DNA of 64,000 nucleotides from Amphiscolops sp. MND2022 (Eukaryota), in the NCBI GenBank assembly GCA_964187785.1, contig OZ076409.1:7070001-7134000 (forward strand), given 5' to 3'. Below are positions 1-13,633 of the stretch, in pieces. The notes under the pieces were generated by a model, which was given only the letters and a program-made list of their open reading frames with translations, made no database searches and was not told the origin of the DNA. Made by a program: the position numbers and the translations under genes. Positions within the stretch are counted from its first letter, which is position 1, and each line of letters opens with the position of its first letter.

Positions 1-715
1 AATAATTGACCAAAAGAGCGAATATAACTGGCTATAAGTAATTGCTCGAAACCCATTTACTTATATACCCATTATGGTTCAAAACTAGCTGGAATGACAT
101 TAGTTGGCGCCCCGTTTAAAGCTCAAAAAGCGCAAATTGCCTATGAGCATTTACTGGAAAACGTCACTTCTAAAAATATTCGAAAGAAGGACCCTTCGGA
201 CACAAAATGCCAGCTGACAAAAATATCCAAAAACCAGATTAAAAAACCAACAAAAAGTGATTTGATTTGTTCATTTTTAAAATTAGAAATGTCTTTTTCA
301 GTCGGCGTTGTTGTAGAAAAAGTACGACTCTTTCAGTGACTAGTTTTTTCTCCAATAGCTGTGATCCGTCCACATACGGAGCACAGATGGAACAAATATA
401 CAGTAAAGACCATTTGGCCTAGCCAGCACGCTGTATCCAATTTTTTGACGCTATATACGAAGTGAGTAACGTTTCACCAAAGAGAAGGCGGGGGTTCAAA
501 AATATTGCTCTTTTTTGACGTTATATCCAAACTATATTGCGTTTTTATCATTTTTGCGATAGCAGGAATAACATTGAAATCTCAATAATTCAACTATTTT
601 TTTCAGTTCGATTTTTGTCGTGATTTCGAGTACCTACTGAAAAATTTAGACAATTTGTTCGGCAGTGAGTGGTAAGCGTGAGAATTAAATTTCTCAAGCT
701 GCCGACCACAATTAG

Positions 716-1050
716 TTTCTCGTGCGATGGAACGAGTGAGTGGCAATCATGCATTCGTACGCCGAATTCATTGAGATGAAGCGAGCCAATGTTCGTAATT
801 GTTTTCGTACACCGAGTTATTGAAATGAAGCGAACGAGTGTTAATGATTCGTTCGCCGACAGCTTCGCCTGCATTCAATTGCGAATGCGAAACTTCCTTT
901 ACGCTTAGTAGTTATATTTTCTTTAGTCCGAGAAGAATTTAAGGCGATGTAATCTGGTAGAGTGATTAATTGTGCGCTATATAAATGATTAGGATATGTT
1001 TCTAATATTGAACATAAAAGCTCAAAAGCAGACATAATACTGTGCCCGCA
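716..1050 (+). repeat. Unclassified interspersed repeat, second copy at about 53559-53850
   Basis: Shared TTCTCGTGCGATGGAACGAG..GCATTCGTACGCCGAATT..TTAGTCCGAGAAGAATT..GTGATTAATTGTGCGCTATATAA. Confidence 0.75.
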
Positions 1051-1838
1051 GGTGCATATTTTACTGAGGAGGAGGCGGAGTTCAAAAACACTCTCCTTTG
1101 TTCCAGCACGCTATATCCGAATTGTGTCGTTATACCCAAAGTAAACTGCGTTTCACTTAGGAGGAGGCCGAGGTTCGAAAAAATATGTTTTTTTTTACTT
1201 TGCAGTATCATAACAAACCGGGAACGACCCAAGTCTGCGCCATATCTAAGGCTTAACTTAAGTCTCATTTTCTGAAGTGTCTTATAATAAACAAGACGCC
1301 AGCTGAGCACCGGGATATTTTCCGCTTCAACTGAGCCATATATGTTCAGGGTGCTCAGTTATAGCTATTTTAGTTATTTGACTATTTTAAAAATAGTCAA
1401 GTAGTTAATGGAGATCGTGGAGATTTGGCAGAATTTGGGAAAAAACGCAACACAGATTTTGATTTTCTTCCCCCATTATATGTGGGCGGAAAATAACAAC
1501 ACGGAATAAGTTATGCTGGCATGTGGATCTGACTAGAAATCATTGATCTACTTTAAATCTAAACTTCACATTCCAACAAATGGTAACTCTTTTCTATAAA
1601 TGGTCAAGAATTGTATTTTTGACTGCTGGGTTTTCAATTAATGACAGCTTACTGTCACAAAAACTATTACAAGAGTTCGGATCATTCGCCCTCGGTGATT
1701 TTGGAAAAAAAGTATCCAGAAACGTCGTATTTGCAATTACTTTCGCATGGCTTATTGTTTGTTATTTTCCGCCCCGACAACTTTTCTTTGTGAATGGGGA
1801 AGGAAAATCATAATCTATGTTGCGTTTTTCACCAACGC

Positions 1839-2637
1839 TTTTAGTCGGCGCTTCATGAAGTGAAACACGACTATTATAGTGGCTTTTTTTGCAATCCACA
1901 CGAACTGACCAAAATAGTTCTTAAAAGTTCTACAAAATATTATTGCACAAATTGCACCATTTGGCCTAGCGAACTGAACCAAAGTTTTTTCCTGTTTTCC
2001 CGCGTAACATACCACACCGGGCGAGACCCCCTTTCAATTTTTTTCGGCACTGCGAGACTTTTTCGGAAAAAAATTCCCAAAGGGTCCCCCTTCAATTTTT
2101 TTGCTGTTTTGCGACAGAATAGATGTTGAAAAATCCCAAAGGGTCCCCTTTCAGTTTTTTCGGCATTGTGAGATTTTTTTCCGAAAATAAAATTTTCTCC
2201 CCTTCAATTTTTTGATATTTTGCGACAGAATGGATGTTGAAAAATCCCAAAGGGTCCCCCTTTCAGTTTTTTCGGCATTGAGATTTTTTTCCGAAAATAA
2301 AAATTTTCCCCCCTCAGTTTTTTGATGTTTTGCGACAGAATGGATGTTGAAAAACCCCAAAGCGTCCCCCTTTCAGTTTTTCGGTATTGTGAGACTTTTT
2401 TTCCAAAATTTGTTTTTTCTCCAAAGGGTCCCCCATTAAACTGCGGCAAAAATGTTGACAATTTCGGAAGTGTCCCCTTTTAGCACGCCAGGGGCTCGCG
2501 CTAGCGGGCCCCGGCGCGCCACTCGGTCCATTTTTTTGGTGTTTCGATTCTCGAGTACTGTAAATTGACACTTGGAAGTCCTTTTGCTATTTTTGAGCCT
2601 TGGATATGGCGCCGACGTGGGGCGGTCCCGGCTTGTT
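1839..2637 (+). mobile_element. HINE-A: Helentron/DINE-1-like non-autonomous element, representative copy with tandemly expanded core
   Basis: Family consensus: T-run, sub-TIR AGTCGGCGC, variable tandem core (CCCCTTTCAGTTTTTTCGGCATTGTGAGA units), GCGCCGACT, short hairpin, TTGTT; no TSD. About 20 or more copies, e.g. 3578-4046, 7100-7551, 18163-18712, 21368-21913, 23416-23873, 24470-24840, 27959-28413, 33639-34058, 38720-39115, 40565-41080, 44360-44832, 45181-45591, 47851-48307, 49857-50474, 57263-57715. Confidence 0.8.
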
Positions 2638-5567
2638 TTACTTTACTTACCCTTGTAAAACCAACACAGTTTGAAAAAATCTGGTGTTTTTTTTGGAAAA
2701 ACTGAATGTTTGAGTTATCGTTCAATTTAAAAGCATGTTGAAGTTGAAAATTTAATAGTTTTTCAGAAAAAGCTTTTCAGCGAAATAGTGATTCTATTAT
2801 TAACGATTTATCGATTAGCGCAAAATTAGCTATGTCAAAACTCTGGCTGAAACATTCCCAAGCATCGACAACATAGTTCTTGGACTTTTTCGGACTTGAA
2901 AGCTGTTCGTTATTTCTGGAAATATCAAAATTTGACCCACTAGAATTTGACAAATGTTGGACGGACTACCGGTTTCTTTAATTTCATCTTCAATTGTAAT
3001 TCATAATTTCTGTGTAAGTTGTTTTTCTTCAAATTTAAATTTGTACACTGCCTTTTATAAGAAAAGCATTGTTTTTTCTTATATAAAGGAAATTCAGTGT
3101 TTTTTAGTTTTCAACAGTTTTGAACATTGCTGGAAAGATACAGATTTTTTCTCGCCCGGGCGAGCATTCTTGTCTCGTTTAGTTCAATTTTGGTTCACTT
3201 CCTCAGAAGGTCAAATTTCACCTAATGGGACAAATTGTACCGCGCTGTTTGACTAACTAGCAGAATTTGCAGCTGAATAGACCCGATTGGCGTAACTTGA
3301 TATCTCTTTAGCATTTGTTTGACGGCTCTGCTATTCGAGTGAAACCATTACTATCAATGAATGCCCGAATTCATCCCAGAATGTTAGACATTCATTCACC
3401 TTCCTCTGAAATTGAGTTCATTATCTTTTTCAATGCATTTTATAGCACGGTGTTCGTAATTTATTGGTGAAGCTTTTAGATTTTTTTTCAAAAAAATTGA
3501 AAATGTTGGATAATTAGTTGAACAGGCATGCAGAAGTTCTTTGCAGTTCGTAAGTATGTCAGTAAAAATGGCAGCTTTTTTAGTCGGCGCTTTTCTTAAG
3601 AAAAGAGTCGACTATAGTCATGGCTTTTCGTCATTTAAGACCACCTGAAGTGACCAAAATAGTTTTACCAAAAGTTCTACAAAATTTTGAGAAAACGCCA
3701 AATTGTACCTGTTGGCCCAAGGAATTGAACCAAAAAGGTTTCCCGCGTAACATTCAATACCGGGCGAGACTAAAGGTTCCCCTTAGATTTTTTAGGCACT
3801 GTGCCACTTTTTTTCAAAATTTTTTTCCACCAAAGGGTCCCCCTCCATTTTTTTGGAATTTTGCGACAGAATGGATGTTGAAAAATCCCAAAGGGTCCTC
3901 CCTTTCAGTTTTTTCGGCATTGTGAGACTTTTTAAATTTTTTTATCATAAAAGGTTTCAAATTCACCAAAACTTTGACATTTTGAAATCCTTTTGCTATT
4001 TTTGAGCCTTAGATATGGCGCCAACTTGGGCCGGTCCCGGCTTGTTATTGATTGAATTTAATGCAGTTGAAGGGACCATAGAAAGTCACCAAAGCCTATG
4101 ATCGGAAAGAACTAAAAAAAGTTCAAAGGCTCCGCAATTTCATTTTTGTCATTGCTTTCTGGACTTTGAATGATTTGATATTTTGCAACCACGAGGAAAA
4201 AATGAGATCTCAAACCCCTCCTCCCCCCCCTGATTCACTTAGCACTGTGTGGCTGTTATGAATTTTCCTCAAACATGCTCTGTAAACTTTGAAGATCCTA
4301 CGCTTCGGAGCCTTGAGTGTCGACAGAGAAATTTTATCATTTTTTTTCAAAAACGATGCAAGATGGCCTAAAGTGCTAGGTTGTTCTATAGGAATTCTGC
4401 TAGAAAGCAGGTTGCGGGTTCAAAACTTGCCTTTAGCCTAAAGTTTTTTTTTCATTTTGGAATTAAATGCTTCGGCGTTTTGAAGTATTGAAAAGGTGTC
4501 CCTTTTGAAGTACCTAATTTGAATTTATTGAGATTTTTTGGATTTTGAGAAACAACTAAGCTAATTTTAAAGAAGACTGTCTAAAGCTGATGACGATACT
4601 CGAAATGTAAAGAAAATTTTCATCTTGTTTCACGGAAATGCCATATTTATTTTTTGTAGTTGATGGAAACGGTAAGAACCCTAAGGTTTTGGCGGTCTTT
4701 TTGCATTGTCAAAAATATATGTTTATTTGGGCTGCTGAAACAGCTTTTGATTATGGCTTATAAATAGAGTTGAAATTTTATGTAATTCAAGGTATGTTTA
4801 TGTAATCTTGAAGCGCTTCCAAAACAAAAAAGCTTTTCACGATTTTCATACCATGGGCGTCCTTGAAATCTCATTTGAAAACGCCTCAGAATTTCTTCTA
4901 AGCTCAGTCATAATTGAATCTTCTGATCATGTTTGGCTTGGCAGTTGAAGAATTTGTATGAAGAACGTTGCTGACTTTTGCTACTCAAACACGTCACCGA
5001 TCGTAATTGAAAATCTTCGCAATTTTCACGTTTGAAGTGTCATGAAATGTCGAAATAAATCAAAAGTCAACGCAAATTTCCTAGATTAAAGCAAAAGAAT
5101 TGTGCTTCTGTCATTACAGTAAACGCTATTCTAAGCAAATTCAAATGCTTCCTGAATTAACACTTAACGGTAGCCCTTAGTGAGATTAGTGGAAGCGGAA
5201 AAGTGTTTGCATGGCCACTCATAGAGTCATTAATTTGCTCATAGTGTTGACTAGCTAAACGTTCATTTTAACCCTAATTGACCCGGGCGTTTTTGTTAAT
5301 TTTCAAGGAATCTGATTGAAATTTTTGAACCATTGATATCTCCACAACTACTGCTCATACCAGAGAGATGAACTATAGTGCGTTTAAAAGGTTTGGTATT
5401 GGGCTTTTATTTTGGCCAGGTAAGCCCTTGTCACTGTCCGCCAATGTGGCCAGTTGGGTCGCTTTTTTACGAACATAGTTTTGTTTTGTTCTATAATGTA
5501 TCATTGTCTATGTCACAAACGTCATGTCTGGAAATATCATTGACTCTTTCTGTACGCAATAAGTTTT

Positions 5568-6059
5568 GGCTCTTTTCTGCTTCCCCCCCCCCCCACCACC
5601 AAAATTTTTGAACGTAAATGTTCTTAAATATCTCAGACTAGCCTAATTAAAAGTAAAACTTTCTTTCATAACACGCCCCACCAAAAATTTTGAAAATAAC
5701 TTTCCTTAAAACTTTAGACTAGCCTAATTAAAAGTAAAACTTTCTTTCATAACAGGAAGTTAACTTCTATTAGAGTACTTTTCCGCTTGAACAAAACATT
5801 GTTCACACATTTTGATTATAATTATGCTCGTATTAAGTGTTTATTGATGACTCAAAACAGGAAGCTGTTGATTTTTTCATCAAAACGCGTGACTATATAG
5901 AGAAAAAGTGTGAACAACGTTTGTATCTCAATTATAAACTGTCACACGAAGAATAAATTTAAAATTAAAGCTTTCTTGTTTGTATTCAAGTCTTTTTATC
6001 AGATTTTCAGTTATTTTCCAAAAAATTATATGATGGTGGGGGGAAAAGAGAAGAGAGCC
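5568..6059 (+). mobile_element. GG..CC MITE (GGCTCTTTTCTG family), 8-bp TSD
   Basis: Imperfect long TIRs with poly-C/poly-G tracts; TSD TAAGTTTT/TAAGATTT; an internal tandem duplication at about 5620-5755. Confidence 0.85.
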
Positions 6060-6313
6060 TAAGATTTGAATGCTCATGTGTATCATCTCTGCTTTGACAT
6101 GGACTTTAAGAGAATAGAAAAGCTGCTCCTGTTATGTGTTCGACGATTGCTTGACGTGACGAACTTGGAATTTTCCAATATTAGTGTTTTTGGGTCATTT
6201 GGAATCAGAGTTTTGACATCGCTTATTTTTTCGCTGATCGCTAAACCTCTAAATTCAAAATCACTGTTTCGTGAAAACGGGTTTCTTGAAACTAATAAGT
6301 GTTCGACTTTTAA

Positions 6314-6903
6314 CCTTAACTTGACCAATGTGCCAAATTTGGCACATTTAGTTTCTGCAAATTCTTAACGCACCAGCTGATTGTATGGTAAAACAAACCC
6401 TTTTATAAGGGTTTTAGACGATATTGCATAGCATTCGGCGCCTTTTCACGGAATTTTGACGTGATGTCTCCAAAATTCAGAAAATGAGACGAAATAATCA
6501 AAAGAAAAAATAAGTGCAGATTTTCCGTTTTCCCAATTTTCGTTTGTGCCCTTTTATCCCACTGGTATCAACATTGGATCAAAGCGGCCCCAGCATGTTT
6601 TGAAATATGCTGAAAAGCAAGCAGAGACATGACGCGTGCAAAGTTTTGGCGGAAAGTTCGGAGCCAGTGTGGCGGAGCCGCACGCCAGCGGAGGACTCCG
6701 CGCAAAAAACTTTGCGCGCAAGGGACCCGCGCTAGCGAGGACCCAGCCCAGCAGTTTAAAAATTGATTTGAAAGCCGCGATGCTCCTCTTTTGAACGCTG
6801 TATAAATAGTTTGTCGGACTTGGATAGTTCAGGAGATATTGCGGTTTAAGGTTGAAGCACCCGATTTTTGGATGAAACAAGAATTTTGCTGGCCAAGTTA
6901 AGG
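6314..6903 (+). mobile_element. piggyBac-like MITE, about 590 bp
   Basis: TTAA|CCTTAACTTGACCA ... TGGCCAAGTTAAGG|TTAA. Confidence 0.9.
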
Positions 6904-9900
6904 TTAATACTGTGTGGGTTTGATGAGAGTGAGAGTTGAATTCTTCGAAATTCATTTTGAAACTACGAGACGTAGTCTGAGATAGTTTTAGGTGCCGCTA
7001 ATTCGAATCAGTAATGAAATCGCCTGGAAAATTTTGCACGGAAGCTAATTTGCTGAATTTCTCATTACCGATGACAAATCTCTGTCCGCAATTTATTTTA
7101 ACAAGCCGGGAACGACATAAGTCGGCGCTATATCTAAGGCTCAAAAATAGAAAAACGACTTCGAAGTGTCAAGTATTCTTTTACAGTACCCAAAAACTCA
7201 AAAGTCACCCGAAAATACCCAACCGTATTGGCACGCCCTTTCGGATTTTCAAACATCCATTCTGTTGAAAAATATCAAATAAAAATTGAAGGGGACCCTT
7301 TGGAGGCAAAAAAAAATCTCGAAAAAAAAATCGCACAGTGCCAAAAAAAAATGAAAGAGGGGACCCTTCATTCTCGTCCGCTTTCGCAAATGCTCGAAAA
7401 AGTTTCTGGCTAAAGCAGGGACTCGAACCCGTGACCGCTGGGTTCCCCGTAAACCGATTAAATTATGTACTAAAAAGGGTGATGTCTGACGAAAAAAAAA
7501 AGAAAACTATAATAGTCGGGCACTTTTCAATAGAAAAGCTCTGACTAAAAATGCGCCGCCTAAAATGGCAATTGGTCATGAACAAATACGACATAGGCAT
7601 GGCGAGTAGAAAATTGATCCAAAGACTTATGACCGTTGTCCCAAACCCAACAAAAATTCACACACAAGAAGAATGAGGATCACACTTCATTTTGTCCTAT
7701 TAGTTCCGATTTCCTGAAGGAACCGAAGATGATCCACGTCAATGGTTGTCAAATACCTCTCAAAAGGGAATTCAGCGGCACACCTTTGACTTTTGATGAT
7801 AATTGTTGACAGTTTAAAGCCACGGGCTATGGAACTTCAAACGATTTTATTTCCCTCATGATCATTCTTTTTTCTTAAAAGTTCACTTTAATGCAATTTC
7901 GGACTCTCAAGTAGCGATTTGCTTTCACTTTGTAGTGCTTTAATGATTTTTCCGGTTTCATTCAAAGTAAAAAACTAAAAGAATACGAGTCAATAAAAAT
8001 AGAATCAAAGCCAGAAAGAATCACAAAGGTATTTATTCCTAACAATGCATAGGCATTCCATCATTCAGGGAACTTTAAAAAGGCGCGCTAAAAGGGGGGA
8101 CCATTTCGGATTTTTAACATCCATTGTTGCAAAACATCAAAAAATTGAAGGGAGACCCTTTGGAGAATTTTTTTCGAAAACAGTCTCACAATGCCGATAA
8201 ACTGAAAGGGGGACCCTTTAGTCTCACCCGGTACTGTATGTCACGCGGGAAAACAGGAAAAACCTTTTTGGTTCAGTTCGCTAGGCGAAATGGTTCAATT
8301 TGACACCATAATATTTTGTAGAACTTTTGAAGAACTATTTTGGTCAGTTCGCGTGGATTGAAAAAAATTAGTCACTATAATAGTTGCGTTTCACTTCATG
8401 AAGCGCCGACGAAAAAGTGAAAGGAACCTGTTTTTTATTAATTTTGGGTGTTCATCATACTAGTATTAACACTGGTTTTCTTGTAGCAGTAACTGAATTT
8501 TGTTCGTAATAAGCGATCTTGAGCTAACTTGAGTAATTAAAAGTTCGCTCAGAGCTTTTCAAGGAATATTTGCTAACTAACAAAGGACCGTGCGAAGAGA
8601 CTATGGTTGTCTGCAACGGTAATAATAGCCCGGGGTTCATCTATAGGAATATTTGCAAATATTCTGTACCTTGCCTGTAGCATTATTATAGTTGTTCAAA
8701 TGTATAGAAGTTTTGTCCTTCGTTCAAGTAACAAAGTTTATTGTCTCAGATTTGGATATTTTCAGTGAATTTTATTTGGTCTGCAATTGTTTTGAGGATC
8801 TTAGCGAGAAATCAAAGTTTTAAAGAATTTAAAGTTTTAGGTTTCCAGCCTCCTACAGAAACAACAATTTATCCCTAAAAATTGTAATGACATTGTTCTA
8901 CCCATAGATCGAATCGATCAATATAATCAATTGACAACCATCATCATCAATATCACGTGTCGCTAACACACTTCGAGTCAAATCAAATCAAAATCATTTT
9001 ATAGCATATTTTGGATTGGAATTGTTATTTTCAAATGCAGTTAGGGGGAGGGAACCGAAGATCAAACGGTAGACAAATGAGAATGTTAGATGGCCGACAT
9101 TAGAACCGTTTTTCGTTGCTCTATAAACCATAAGTAAGCATCTAGAGAAGAGCATTTGTCGTATCTTACATGAAACAGCAAAATCATGCAGTTTTTTCGT
9201 TAAGTGGTTAGTATGGTCCTTAAAAACAAGTTTCTTAATTTGTACGCTGTTGTATCAGCAGCTAGTGCACTCTCAGTGGCAATTTTTGTCTGATCATGTT
9301 TAGCTACCCTAGGTTGAAAACAAGACGGGAGCGTCTCGATTCGGCGCTATATCTAAGGCTCAAAAAGCGCAGTTTTTAGAATATGCGTAGGACGGTTTCA
9401 TGAAAAACTCCTGTTTTCGAACCTCTGCCTCCTCTCTAATACGCAATGTAGTTCGGATATAACGTCAAAAGTTCGGATGTAGCGCTTTACTCCTGATATT
9501 GCGAGGGAGAATTTCAATAAAATCGAAGGGGGACCCTTTGGAGACAAAAGTTCAAAAAAAGTCGCACAGTGCCGAAAACAATTGAAAGGGGGGACCCTGT
9601 AGTCTGGTCCGTTTTTAGTCGGCGCTTTTATTACTGGGAAAGTGGGGGTGCTTTTTTCCGGGCGACAGCTCTCTCGTTTCAGCCCGCAAGTCGCATAGTT
9701 CAGGCGTTCGTGGTCTAGTGGTAAGACTTCCCCCCCCTTTTCGTCTTTGTGAGACAAAAAAGTCTCTTTTTTAAGAAAATTTTTTAATGTCCCCAAAGGG
9801 TGCCCCATTTTGCTTTTTTTGAAATATTTTGCAACAGAACGAATGTTAAAAAATCTCAAAGGGTCCCTTTTTTCAGATTTTTTAGCACAATGGGACTCTT

Positions 9901-10676
9901 TAAAAAATTTTCGAAAAAATGAAACATTTTAACAGTCTGTTAAAATGTTTTATTTTTTTTTCGAAAATATTTTAAAGACTCCAAAGGGTCCTCCCTTCAA
10001 TTGGTTTGATATTTTGCAACAGAACGAATGGTAAAAAATCACAAAGGGTCCCTTTTCAAAGATTTTTTGGCCTTATGAGACTGGTAAACTTTTTCGAAAA
10101 CAGAATTGATTGTTTTGCAACAGAATTGATGTTAAAAAATCTCAAAGGCCCCCCTTTACAGTTTTCGGCATTGTGAGATTTTTCAAAAAGAATAATTTAC
10201 GTCGCAAACTTAGGTTTTCTCCGGCCCAGCACCCTACATCCGATTTTTTTTCAAGACCGGTGTTTTTTCTACGCGACGGTTTTTTCTACGCGACTTTTTT
10301 AAAGAAATTTGTTTTCATCGAAGCCCCTCTTTAATTTTTCAAGAAACGAAATGTTTTGCGAGCGTAGAGGAATCCTCAAGGTTTTCGGCACTATGCGACT
10401 TACTGGAGACCTTCATCAAAAAAATTTCGAATTTTTTTTCCTCAATTTTCCGTGTTTTTTAGGCTTTCCGTTGAAAAAAATGGGTTTTTGCTGTTTCCAG
10501 TTGGGGAAGAATGGTTTTCGAGACTTATGTGCATCCCTTCAGGTATTTTTGGCGCTGTAAAATTGATGAAATTTTAACAATGTCCTTTTACCATTTGTTC
10601 TCTGTATGATATTGCTCATTTGGTTTTCTTCAAAAATCGCAAGTGTTTGCGAAGCACTGCTCCGCCTCTGTGTTAA

Positions 10677-11267
10677 CCTTAAGTTGGCCAGGAAAAATCT
10701 TGTTGCATCCAAAAATCAGGTGCTTCAACTTTAAACCGCAATATCTCCTGAACTATACAAGTCCGACAAACGATTTACACAACGTTCGAAAGAGGAGCAT
10801 TGGGGCTTTCAAATCAATTTTTAAACTGCTGGGTTTGGGTCCTCGCTAGCGCGGGTCCCTTGCGCGCAAAGTTTTTTGCGCGGAGTCCTCCGCTGGCGTG
10901 CGGCTTCGCCGCACTGGCTCCGAACTTTGCGCCAAAACTTTGCACGCGTCGTGTCTCTGCTTGTTTTTCAACATGTTTCAAAACATGCTGGGGACGCTTT
11001 GACTCAATGTTGATACCAGTGGGATAAAAGGGGCACAAACGAAAACTGGGAAAACGGAAAATCTGCACTTATTTTTCTTTTGATTTTTTCGCGTCATTTT
11101 CTGGATTTTGGAGACATCACGTCAATTTTCCGTGAAAAGGCGCCGAATGCTATGCAATATTGTCTGAAACTCTTATTAAAGGGTTTGCTTTACCATACAA
11201 TCAGCTGGTGCGTTAAGAATTTGCAGAAACAAAATGTGCCAAATTTGACACATTGGCCAAGTTAAGG
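10677..11267 (-). mobile_element. piggyBac-like MITE, inverted second copy (truncated third copy at about 32147-32570)
   Basis: TTAA TSD, same TIRs, full-length reverse-complement match to 6314-6903. Confidence 0.9.
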
Positions 11268-12200
11268 TTAATAAAAGAGCCCGACTATTACAGTCACTCG
11301 TTTTTTTAGACAGACTCGAAGCGACGAAATTTTTGTTCAGTTTGTTCAACTAAACGAATACGTGGGAAACGCATCTAAGTTATCGCAAAGGGTCCCCCTT
11401 TCAGTTTTTATTTTTTAAACGTAACGTACAAAACCGGATGAGACTAGAGTGTCCCCCTTTCAATTGATTTCGGCGCCGTGAGTTTCGAAATTTTCTATTG
11501 TCTTCAAAGGGTCCCCCTTCGATTTTATTGAAGTCCCCCTCGTAATTTCCGGAATTGAGCGCTATATCCGAACATTTGACGTTATATCCGAACTATATTG
11601 CGTTTTTGTAAGGAGGAAGCGGAGGTCCGAAAGCAGGAGTTTAAAATGGAATGAATGAAAAGGAGAACCCTTTGCACTAACTTAGATGTGTTTCTTTTGT
11701 AGGTCCTGTAGTTTAGTAGTTCTGTATAATGGAATGAATGAGAAGGAGAACCCTTTGCACTAACTTAGATGTGTTTCGCTTGCCGGTCCAGTAGTTTGAT
11801 AGTTCTGTGAAGTGTCCCTTACGTATACATTCTGTTATATGACGAAAAAACTTGCCACTGTATTAGTCGCGCTCATTTTCCACTATATACGCTGACTGAA
11901 AATGCAATTCTTGAACATATCACTGTTTCTATGTACATTCAAAGATAATAGCACTTGTACACGATGAAGACTTTGAAATTAGGCCGAAGGAATCTAAATT
12001 GACCATTGTTGTAAAACAATAATGGTTTAGGGCCATTATGGCCATATTTTGGTCTGCCATAATTGATTGGTGCTAAAACTAATATGGCAATAATGGATGG
12101 CTTCAGCAAGACAATTAGTGCCATATTAGGCCACAATGGTGGAACGTTCGCACTTATGGATTACGTAATTGTTGTGTTTGTTGACTAGTTTTAACTATGT

Positions 12201-12380
12201 TTGTTCAGTGATTTAGATAAGCAACTCGTCACTGATCGTTTCGAAGAACTCGTGGAAATACAACCTAGTGAACTCTCATTTGTGGACCGAACCCTTATGG
12301 CAAAGCGTGCAAAAACGGATAGTAAGAGCAATCTGGAATGGGTACCTTGTACAAGCAATATCGTAGAACGCTTATTTTCC
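12201..12380 (+). pseudogene. hAT-like transposase fragment cut by a HINE-B insertion
   Basis: Translation ends WVPCTSNIVERLFS, similar to the hAT C-terminal PxTSxxxERxFS motif. Confidence 0.55.
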
Positions 12381-13306
12381 GACCCACATTTTCAATGGGG
12401 CAGGAAAATCATCATCTGTGTTGCGTTTTTTTCCAACTTCTGCCAAAACTCCACTTTGTTATTTTCCGACCCACATTTTCAATGGGGGAGGAAAATCATC
12501 ATCTGTGTTTCGTTTTTTTTCCCAAATTCTGCCAAAACTCCACTTGGTTCAACTCCACTCCACTTACTCAGTCTCCCTGCTCAGCCTTCACTTCATCCTT
12601 CATACTGAAATGGGAATAATATCTAAAGTAATAATGGGATTAAGATCTAAAGGGAATAAGATCTAAAATCACTAAATTTTAGATCTTATTATTTGGATCC
12701 TATTCCCCTCCCAAAATAGCTATGGCTCAAGTGATGAAGGCGAAAAGGGAGGAAAATATCCCGGTGCTTAGCGGGCGGGCGTCTTGTTTAGCATTGTGCG
12801 TTACATGTTCAATGAAAACCAAAAACGAACAAACCCATTAAATTTGGAGTCGCAGATCTTCTTGAACGTAAACAAAACTCATTAGTATGTCAAAACCATC
12901 GAATCTTTCTTGCAAAACAATTGATGATTTGTGAATTTATTTTTTCACTTGGTAGTCTGTTTTTCCTTATTTTCCATAATATGGCCCTTATTGCTATAAT
13001 TTTTTTGCTAATGGGTCATAATGTTTTTCCAGGTTTCAATATTATGGCCATACCATAATTTACAACCCTGATAGGTACATCACCAACGTACATTGTTTTG
13101 GAAAAAAAACGGACAAAAACCAGTATAAAAATGATCATTTTCGACAATTGGTGAAGCGTTTGACTACGTTATCATAACTGTGATGTCTTGCAAGATTCTA
13201 ATTTCTCATCTTGCAAGATTTGTAAGAAACTTGCAAGATAAGTGCAAGATTTCAATTTTTTCCAAACTAGGGTATGCTCCGATAAAAATAGACGACTTCG
13301 CTTTTG

Positions 13307-13514
13307 TTATTTTCCGCCCACATATAATGGGGGAGGAAAATCATAATCTGTGTTGCGTTTTTTTTTTACAAATTTTGCCATTTAGTAAATTCTAGTCACC
13401 ATGGAGCAGTTGGTAGTGCGTATGCCTGGCAGATACGAGGTCGTGGGTTCGAACCCGTGCTGATTCGTTACATTTTTAGCCGAAAATATCCCGGTACTTA
13501 GCGGGCGTCTTGTT
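13307..13514 (+). mobile_element. HINE-B: second Helentron-like family carrying a tRNA-derived cassette
   Basis: TTATTTTCCGCCC start; end CTTAGCGGGCGTCTTGTT; A-box/B-box-like TGGAGCAGTTGG / GGTTCGAACCC. Other copies at 1290-1496, 12372-12789, about 17319-17480, 21916-22382, 46810-47049 and 63370-63600. Confidence 0.7.
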
Positions 13515-13633
13515 GAAATTGATTTGTGTTTATAAAGTGAGAAGCCAGAGATTAATCTGGATCCTTAACGTTGTCGCTGCAACAATCACTACGTTTTGCC
13601 TTCAATCAATTCTTGTATGTCTATTTCAGTTAG

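Noticed and set aside
2020..2440. CRISPR-like regularly spaced repeats (also 54150-54660)
   Set aside because: The spacers are themselves repeated, no cas genes are present and the context is eukaryotic; these are HINE tandem cores.
6554..6955. 133-aa ORF and its counterparts at 10643-11265 as a gene pair
   Set aside because: They lie within non-coding piggyBac-like MITE copies with frame differences between copies.
8900..9050. Possible NSD promoter or 5' UTR exon
   Set aside because: No convincing splice donor or other support from sequence alone.
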